A stretch of 64,000 nucleotides of DNA from an uncultured Fibrobacterota bacterium (lineage in GTDB: Bacteria; Fibrobacterota; Chitinivibrionia; Chitinivibrionales; CAYFVL01): NCBI GenBank assembly GCA_964419255.1, contig CAYQOU010000010.1, positions 10,032 to 74,031 of the forward strand. The letters are read 5' to 3'. The position numbers and the translations under genes were made by a program. Under the pieces are notes generated by a model. The model made no database searches. It was not told the DNA's origin and was given only the letters and a program-made list of their open reading frames with translations. Positions 57,827 to 64,000 of the stretch are shown piece after piece; within the stretch, counting starts at the first letter, position 1; each line of letters starts with the position of its first letter.

Positions 57827-59191
57827 ATGGATACTACAAACGTAATTCTTGACGAGCGCCAGAAGCAGATAATACGTAATCGTGCGGCATCAACGTGTGA
57901 CATTGCATGCGAACGCCGGTCTACCGCCGGAACGGTAAGCCAGCGTGCGTGTGTTTTCTGCGGGTCGCGTGTTGTACTGTATCCGGTGAGCGACGCCGTA
58001 CATCTGATTCATGGAACCATCGGCTGTGCAGCCTACACATGGGATATACGGGGGTCACTTTCTTCCGGGCCGCAGCTTCATCGCATGAGCTTCTGCAGCG
58101 ATCTGCGGGAGCTCGATGTGATACACGGCGGTGAACCAAAACTGGCTGCATCCATCGATCAGCTGGTTGGCAAATACCACCCCAATGCAGTATTTGTGTA
58201 TTCTACCTGCATCGTGGGTATAATCGGAGATGATGTGGAGGCGATCTGTAAGAAGGCCGCCAAAAAACATGGCATACCCGTTATCCCCGTTCATTCGGAA
58301 GGCTTTCGTGGCACGAAGATGGATGGGTATAAGGCTGCCTGCTCGGCACTTGCCGCGCTTGTGGGAACGGGATCTACGCAAGACATTTCACCTTACAGCA
58401 TAAACATTCTCGGTGATTTCAATATCGCCGGTGAGACCTGGATCATAAAAGACTACTATGAACAGATGGGAATCGATGTCGTCTCCACAATCACCGGAGA
58501 CGGCCGGGTAGGTGATATTAAGCGTTCCCATGGAGCAAGCCTCAATGTCGTACAATGCAGCGGCTCGATGATTCATCTGGCCGAGCATATGAAAGAAAAA
58601 TATGGAATCCCTTACATCCGGGTATCCTACTTCGGTATCGAGGACACCGCACGGGCGCTGTACGCGGTTGCCGAACACTTTGATAATGAGCAGATCAGCA
58701 GACGCACACAAGAGGTGGTACGCAGTGAGATCGAACGGGTTATGGCAGTCATAGAATCCTGCCGCACCGATCTGAACGGTAAAAAAGCGGCAATCTATGT
58801 GGGAGGTGCTTTCAAGGCCTTTTCGCTGGTCAAGTCGTTGCGCATGCTGGGAATGGAAACGGCTGTCGTCGGTTCACAAACCGGTAACCGTCAGGATTAT
58901 CAGACACTGGCACAGATGTGTTCACCCGAAACGATCATTGTCGATGATGCCAACACGGTTGAGCTTGCGTCATTTGTACTCGAAAAAGATGTTGACCTAT
59001 TTATCGGCGGCGTAAAGGAGAGGCCGATCGCTTACAAACTGGGCATCGGCTTTTGTGACCACAACCACGAGCGCAAAACGGCACTGGCCGGATTTCGAGG
59101 AATGGCAAATTTTGCAAAAGAAGTACATGGAACGGTTATGAGTCCGGTTTGGCGATTTACGCCCCGGAGAAGCAAAAGGATGGGAGTATGA
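57827..59191 (+). CDS. nifE: FeMo-cofactor biosynthesis scaffold NifE
   Basis: 454 aa, NifD-like. 'LIHGTIGCAAYTWD', 'STCIVGIIGDD', 'VVQCSGSM'. Confidence 0.9.
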   Translation: MDTTNVILDERQKQIIRNRAASTCDIACERRSTAGTVSQRACVFCGSRVVLYPVSDAVHLIHGTIGCAAYTWDIRGSLSSGPQLHRMSFCSDLRELDVIHGGEPKLAASIDQLVGKYHPNAVFVYSTCIVGIIGDDVEAICKKAAKKHGIPVIPVHSEGFRGTKMDGYKAACSALAALVGTGSTQDISPYSINILGDFNIAGETWIIKDYYEQMGIDVVSTITGDGRVGDIKRSHGASLNVVQCSGSMIHLAEHMKEKYGIPYIRVSYFGIEDTARALYAVAEHFDNEQISRRTQEVVRSEIERVMAVIESCRTDLNGKKAAIYVGGAFKAFSLVKSLRMLGMETAVVGSQTGNRQDYQTLAQMCSPETIIVDDANTVELASFVLEKDVDLFIGGVKERPIAYKLGIGFCDHNHERKTALAGFRGMANFAKEVHGTVMSPVWRFTPRRSKRMGV

Positions 59192-60546
59192 CAGTTAATG
59201 CTCGTAAAACGGAAACGCCTCATGTGGCGACACAAAATACCTGTAAACTCTGTGCCCCTCTGGGTGCATCCCTGGCCTTTAAGGGTATACAGAATGCGAT
59301 TTCTCTTCTGCACGGCTCTCAGGGATGCTCCACATACATACGCCGATATATGATCGGACATTTTCGGGAACCGGTCGATATCGCATCCTCCAGCTTTGAT
59401 GAAAGCACGGCAATTTTCGGCGGACGCGAGCAGTTTATCACATCCATAAAAAATCTGATAACCCAGTACTCACCCAGCGTTATTGGAGTTGCCACAACCT
59501 GCCTTGCGGAAACAATCGGGGAAGATGTAGCGGCTTACATCCGGGAATATGCCTCAACCGATCAGGATTCTACCACCGATGTTATCGGGGTAAACACCCC
59601 GAGCTTTCGCGGGACACATGTCGAGGGATTCACCGAAGCGGTATGCTCGATCGTTGACCGCTATGCAAAGCCGTCACCACCGACATCTAAAGTGGTGCTT
59701 TTACCGGGTATGGTTTCTCCGGCGGATTTGCGGCATGTCAAAGATGTGGTTGAACAGTGGGATCTTGATACGCTGCTTCTCCCGGACTACTCTGACACCC
59801 TGGATGGCGGTGCGTGGGACGCATACCACAAACTTCCCTCGGGGGGAACGTCTGTTGAAGAATTGAGAACTATTGGAGGTGCACGGGCAGCTGTGGAATT
59901 CGACACATTCTGCAGCAATGTGACAAAACCGTCATCGATTCTGGCCGCACGGTGCGGATGCAGCACCTATATGCAACCGCTTCCGATAGGACTTGATCTT
60001 ACCGACCGGTATATGGAATACCTTTCTTTACTTTCGGGAATAAAGATGCCCGAAAAAATTTACAAGACCCGTATGCGCCTTGTAGACTCATATATCGATG
60101 GCCATAAGTATTTGTTCGGAAAAAAGGCCGTAGTGTATGGCGACCCGGGACTGGTGTATTCACTCTGCTCGTTTCTTTCTGAAATAGGAGTTGAAGTTAT
60201 TTTGTGCGCAACCGGGACCATGTCGCAGCGCTTCACGCAGAAGATGCTGAAGCTGTACACGGGAAGAGACGTAGAGATTCTGGACGATGCCGATTTTGAA
60301 TACCTGGCTCGACGCACCGAAGTGCTCAAACCCGATATCGTTATCGGAAACAGCAAGGGTTATTCGTTTACTTCTAAACTGGGGATTCCGCTGGTGCGGG
60401 CGGGATTTCCGATTCAGGACAGGATCGGCTCTCAGCGCATACAACACCTGCTCTATGATGGTACACAGCAACTGTTTGACCGGATTGTGAACACGATTAT
60501 TGAAAACGTACAGAATAATACTCCTACAGGCTATCTGACCTACTGA
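59188..60546 (+). CDS. nifN: FeMo-cofactor biosynthesis scaffold NifN
   Basis: 452 aa from Met14 of the listed ORF (ATGA overlap with nifE). NifK-like. 'LLHGSQGCSTYIRR', 'TTCLAETIGED'. Confidence 0.85.
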   Translation: MTVNARKTETPHVATQNTCKLCAPLGASLAFKGIQNAISLLHGSQGCSTYIRRYMIGHFREPVDIASSSFDESTAIFGGREQFITSIKNLITQYSPSVIGVATTCLAETIGEDVAAYIREYASTDQDSTTDVIGVNTPSFRGTHVEGFTEAVCSIVDRYAKPSPPTSKVVLLPGMVSPADLRHVKDVVEQWDLDTLLLPDYSDTLDGGAWDAYHKLPSGGTSVEELRTIGGARAAVEFDTFCSNVTKPSSILAARCGCSTYMQPLPIGLDLTDRYMEYLSLLSGIKMPEKIYKTRMRLVDSYIDGHKYLFGKKAVVYGDPGLVYSLCSFLSEIGVEVILCATGTMSQRFTQKMLKLYTGRDVEILDDADFEYLARRTEVLKPDIVIGNSKGYSFTSKLGIPLVRAGFPIQDRIGSQRIQHLLYDGTQQLFDRIVNTIIENVQNNTPTGYLTY

Positions 60547-60560
60547 CAGGATTATATATC

Positions 60561-61025
60561 ATGAATACGGATTTGACAATCAGATGTGCGACACTTGATG
60601 ACATACCGGGAATGTTATCTCTATTACAGAGCCTCTTTGCCATTGAGAAGGACTTTTGCTGGGATCCCGGCCTGCAGTCGCGAGGATTGAAAATGCTTAT
60701 CTGCCGGGCTATGCATGGGGACGCCACCGTGCAGGTGGCCGAATCAGTCGACAGGATTGTGGCTATGGGAACATGCCAGATACGTGTCAGTACCGCCATA
60801 GGCGGATTTTCCGGTGTGATAGAAGATATCATCGTTATGGAGCAATGGCGCAGACGTGGGGCCGGCAAACAAATTCTTGCGGCCTTATCAAGATGGGCCC
60901 GCGATCAGGGATGTCAGCAGGTCCAGCTGCTTGCGGATAACGAAAACAAGAATGCCCATGCATTTTATACACGCCAGGGCTGGTTTCGAAGCAGAATGGA
61001 ATGCTGGAAACGGGTACTTGTGTGA
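60561..61025 (+). CDS. GNAT-family N-acetyltransferase embedded between nifN and nifB
   Basis: 154 aa. Acetyl-CoA motif A 'VMEQWRRRGAGKQILAAL' and 'NAHAFYTRQGW'. It starts 14 nt after nifN. Confidence 0.8.
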   Translation: MNTDLTIRCATLDDIPGMLSLLQSLFAIEKDFCWDPGLQSRGLKMLICRAMHGDATVQVAESVDRIVAMGTCQIRVSTAIGGFSGVIEDIIVMEQWRRRGAGKQILAALSRWARDQGCQQVQLLADNENKNAHAFYTRQGWFRSRMECWKRVLV

Positions 61026-61158
61026 GAAGTAAGAATTAAGAAGTAAGAAGTGATGATTGTGAGTCAGGGAATCTGTAAACACAGAGCATAGATAATTGTA
61101 TGCCATATAGACTTTTTTTTGTAAGCGGAGTTATATCTGGTATAGGAAGGAGATCACG

Positions 61159-62454
61159 ATGAAAGACATATCTCGCCACCCGTGTTTCAATATTCACGCC
61201 CGTCAACGGCACGGCCGGGTTCATCTGCCCGTTGCTCCCACGTGCAATATTCAGTGCCGGTTCTGCAATCGAAAGTACGATTGTGCCAACGAGAACCGTC
61301 CCGGGGTGACAACGACAACACTTACTCCGCACGAAGCAGTCAGCTACCTGCAGGATCTTCTCAAGCAAATGCCCGAAATTTCGGTGGTTGGTATCGCCGG
61401 CCCCGGAGATCCTTTTGCGGATCCTAAGCCGACGCTTCAAACACTTCGTCTGGTTCATGAACATTTCCCCGAGATGCTTTTTTGTGTCGCGACAAACGGC
61501 CTAAACCTTGCCCCCCATGTGGAAGAACTTGCGTGTCTGGGAGTCAGTCACGTAACGGTAACCATCAATGCTATCGATCCGAAAGTGGGGGCAAACGTTT
61601 ACCGATGGGTCCGGGACCATCCACGGGTTTTGCGTGGAGAGGCCGCAGCCTCCCGAATGATCGATGCCCAGCTCACGGCGATAACACTGTTGAAAGATCA
61701 TGGGATCGTGACAAAAGTAAACACCATTGTACTTCCGGGTATCAACGATCATCATATAGAGGAAATCGCCCGGAAAATGGCTGAGCTGAAAGTCGACATC
61801 ATGAATTGCATGCCTCTTTTCCCTGCACCGGGCTCCGAGCTGGAAAATGCCGAGGAGCCGTCCGGGGAAATGATGGCGAGCACCAGAAAAATGGCCGGAA
61901 AATATCTGCCTCAGATGACACATTGTCAACGCTGCCGGGCCGATGCAGCGGGATTACTCGGAGGGTGTCAGTCGGCAAAGACCGAGGAGCTTCTGCAGAT
62001 GCATGCGGGAGGGTCTCTGAGAGTCGGTCGGGCACAAAAACCGAACGTGGCGGTGGCCACACTCGAGGGGCTTCTGGTCAACCAGCATCTTGGTGGCGCC
62101 CGCGAATTTTGTGTATACACCAAAAGTGCCGACGGTCCCAGACACATAGATACCAGAAAAGCCCCTGTTCCGGGCGATGGGGATCAGCGCTGGTACGACC
62201 TGGCTCAGATTCTTGACGACTGCCACTCGATTCTGGTAGAGCAGGCGGGCGAGAAACCAAAGAAGGTGCTGGCATCACTGGGTACAGAGGTTATCTGTAT
62301 GGAGGGATTGGCAAAACCTGCCCTCGAGGCGCTGTTTGACGGTCGCCCCGTACCCTCCCATCTGACCGTGCAGCGCTCATGTACCGAGGGAAAAGGATGC
62401 GGTAAAAACGATACACAATCTTGTTCCGGCGGTGGTGAGGGATGTGGGGCGTAA
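61159..62454 (+). CDS. nifB: Radical SAM FeMo-cofactor biosynthesis protein NifB with C-terminal NifX-like domain
   Basis: 431 aa. 'HPCF...HGRVHLPVAPTCNIQCRFCNRKYDC' (CxxxCxxC), 'GIAGPGDP', 'TNGL'. The C-terminal ~120 aa are NifX/NifB-like, followed by a Cys/Gly-rich tail. Confidence 0.93.
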   Translation: MKDISRHPCFNIHARQRHGRVHLPVAPTCNIQCRFCNRKYDCANENRPGVTTTTLTPHEAVSYLQDLLKQMPEISVVGIAGPGDPFADPKPTLQTLRLVHEHFPEMLFCVATNGLNLAPHVEELACLGVSHVTVTINAIDPKVGANVYRWVRDHPRVLRGEAAASRMIDAQLTAITLLKDHGIVTKVNTIVLPGINDHHIEEIARKMAELKVDIMNCMPLFPAPGSELENAEEPSGEMMASTRKMAGKYLPQMTHCQRCRADAAGLLGGCQSAKTEELLQMHAGGSLRVGRAQKPNVAVATLEGLLVNQHLGGAREFCVYTKSADGPRHIDTRKAPVPGDGDQRWYDLAQILDDCHSILVEQAGEKPKKVLASLGTEVICMEGLAKPALEALFDGRPVPSHLTVQRSCTEGKGCGKNDTQSCSGGGEGCGA

Positions 62455-62633
62455 ATCACATCCTCCGACACCTTTACGGGTTAAAAGGAGTGAGATTCCA
62501 TGTCGGACAATCGGATGATATTGGTCGTATCATTTGTCTAACTTTTTTGTTTCCTTTATCCATAATATTTGATCTTAGATTCTCCGGCTTTGCCGGCGGT
62601 CTGTTTGCTTAACCTGTTTGAAGAGGAGTGATT

Positions 62634-62936
62634 ATGCAGAAACCAGCCTATCATATCATGGTGTGTAACTCGTTTCGCCTCACCGGCGGTGCGCAGGGGG
62701 TGTGCAACAAAAAAGGAGCTACAAATCTCTTACAGTATCTGGAGGAGGAGATACTGGATCGCGGGCTGGATGCGCAGGTGACCTCCACAGGGTGTCTGAA
62801 AGTGTGTGATCGAGGTCCCGCAATGGTCATTTACCCCCACGGATTGTGGTATGGAGAAATGACGGAAGAGAAAATAGACGCGGTGCTGGATGCGTTGGAA
62901 GAGGGCGGGGCGGTTGAAGACTACCTCATAGCATAA
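62634..62936 (+). CDS. Thioredoxin-like [2Fe-2S] ferredoxin
   Basis: 100 aa. 'HIMVCNSFRLTGGAQGVCNKKG...TGCLKVCDRGPAMVIYPHGLWY' gives four Cys in the C-x12-C...C-x3-C pattern of the clostridial-type 2Fe-2S ferredoxin family. GAGGAG RBS. Confidence 0.8.
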   Translation: MQKPAYHIMVCNSFRLTGGAQGVCNKKGATNLLQYLEEEILDRGLDAQVTSTGCLKVCDRGPAMVIYPHGLWYGEMTEEKIDAVLDALEEGGAVEDYLIA

Positions 62937-62972
62937 TCCGAAAAAAGATATACTAACATAAGGCGGGCGGGT

Positions 62973-64000
62973 ATGAACAAAAAAATAATTCTGGTTGACA
63001 CTACTCTTCGTGACGGTTTGCAGAGTCCGGGCATTGAAGCGACGGTTGAAGACAGGATACAGATTACCGGTCTGCTTGACAGTTTAGGTATTGATGAGAT
63101 CGAGATTGGAATACCGGCGATGGGCGAGCAGGAGTGTAGCTGCATACGCAAATGCGCCCGGCGCTGCTCCGCTGCGCTCGTCTCGGTCTGGTGTCGCGGA
63201 AGAGAGGACGATTTGTATACCGCCGCGCGCTGCGAGGTGCCGGCGATACACTTGTCTTTCCCAGCCTCGCCCGCTCATCATCGACTCATCGGCACCGATA
63301 AACAAGTCTTGCTCGATTCGGTGCGATCTCTGGTGGAAAAAGCCTCGAAGCTTTTTAATTCGGTACGCGTGGGAGCGCAGGATGCAACGCGGGCGGACCT
63401 TGACTTTCTGTCACAACTCTTTGAGACGGCACGGGATGCCGGAGCGACGCGTGCACGCATCGCGGACACGGTCGGTTTGGCGGCGCCCTGTCAGGTTGCC
63501 GAGTTGATGCGTCACACTTCACGAGCGGGTATTCCAATCGAATTTCATGGTCATAACGACCTGGGAATGGCTACCGCAAACAGCCTCACCGCGGTCGAGC
63601 ACGGAGCCGCCGCACTTAGCTGCACGCTGCTTGGTATCGGTGAGAGGGCCGGCAACACAGCGCTGGAGCAAATAGCCATGGCTTTGACCATGCATGGTGA
63701 TTACCAAACCGGTATAATCACCCAACACTTACATAACACAGCCCAGGCGGTCGCAAAAAAGTTATCCTTTGGGATCGCACCTGATAAGCCCATCGTCGGA
63801 TCACGTGTGTTTACCCATGAATCGGGAATACACTGTCACGGCATGCTCAAAGACCCCTCGAGTTTCCAGCCGTTTGATGCGGCGCTGGTAGGCTCAAAAA
63901 CCCGTTTCGTCGTGGGAAGCCACTCCGGCGGCGCGTCGGTACGGGCGGTGTTTGAGCAGCACGGTATTCATCTGAGTAAAGCTCAGGCACGCTCGATTCT
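62973..64000 (+). CDS. nifV: Homocitrate synthase NifV (3' end outside the window; absent from the supplied ORF track)
   Basis: My own translation from ATG 62973 stays open to nt 64000: 'MNKKIILVDTTLRDGLQSPG...EIGIPAMG...FHGHNDLGMATANSLTAVEHGA...GIGERAGNTALEQ...THESGIHCHG'. This is an HMGL-like domain in nif context. Confidence 0.85.
   Translation, partial: MNKKIILVDTTLRDGLQSPGIEATVEDRIQITGLLDSLGIDEIEIGIPAMGEQECSCIRKCARRCSAALVSVWCRGREDDLYTAARCEVPAIHLSFPASPAHHRLIGTDKQVLLDSVRSLVEKASKLFNSVRVGAQDATRADLDFLSQLFETARDAGATRARIADTVGLAAPCQVAELMRHTSRAGIPIEFHGHNDLGMATANSLTAVEHGAAALSCTLLGIGERAGNTALEQIAMALTMHGDYQTGIITQHLHNTAQAVAKKLSFGIAPDKPIVGSRVFTHESGIHCHGMLKDPSSFQPFDAALVGSKTRFVVGSHSGGASVRAVFEQHGIHLSKAQARSI

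Noticed and set aside
61024-61048. Direct repeat AGAAGTAAGAA-tta-AGAAGTAAGAA just after the GNAT stop codon
   Set aside because: It is short, purine-rich low-complexity sequence with two copies only. No associated promoter or structure was found upstream of nifB.

Overview
This is a 64-kb chromosomal window from a diderm, probably anaerobic diazotroph. It encodes Lnt, LptD, a LolA-like protein, a PorX-like regulator, and an anaerobe-type nif cluster with NifI1/NifI2. I call about 60 protein genes. I found no rRNA, tRNA, CRISPR array, transposase or integrase. Gene order: phoB(partial)-phoR-pstB-phoU; a nitrogen-control island (GATase, amtB plus a truncated glnK remnant, a degenerate sigma-54 activator paralog, ptsP/EI-Ntr, then a porin-amtB-glnK operon); lptD, asnS, apt, tsaE and a PorX-like regulator. 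Next comes a tightly packed 8-gene operon of two KS/CLF-like pairs, one ACP, a NodB deacetylase, a LolA-like protein and a lipoprotein, convergent with lnt. Housekeeping genes follow (purA, panD, rsfS, tex, greA, lepA, trpBA and a yeast-type chorismate mutase). The window ends with nifA-like / nifH-nifI1-nifI2-nifD-nifK-nifE-nifN-GNAT-nifB-fdx-nifV. nifV runs off the window end and is missing from the ORF track. Most notable observations: (1) a family of five ~90-160-bp intergenic repeat elements, all in the same orientation, whose conserved ends can pair; (2) the orphan KS/CLF/ACP envelope-lipid-like operon; (3) a signal-peptidase homolog after lepA that has lost the Ser/Lys dyad; (4) a sigma-54 activator paralog without GAFTGA and with a Walker-B D-to-N change; (5) five sigma-54-type promoters, three of them near a shared ACAA(A/T)TTTGT palindrome; (6) an amtB duplication with a decayed glnK. 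All calls rest on reading the translations and the DNA by eye. No database search was run.
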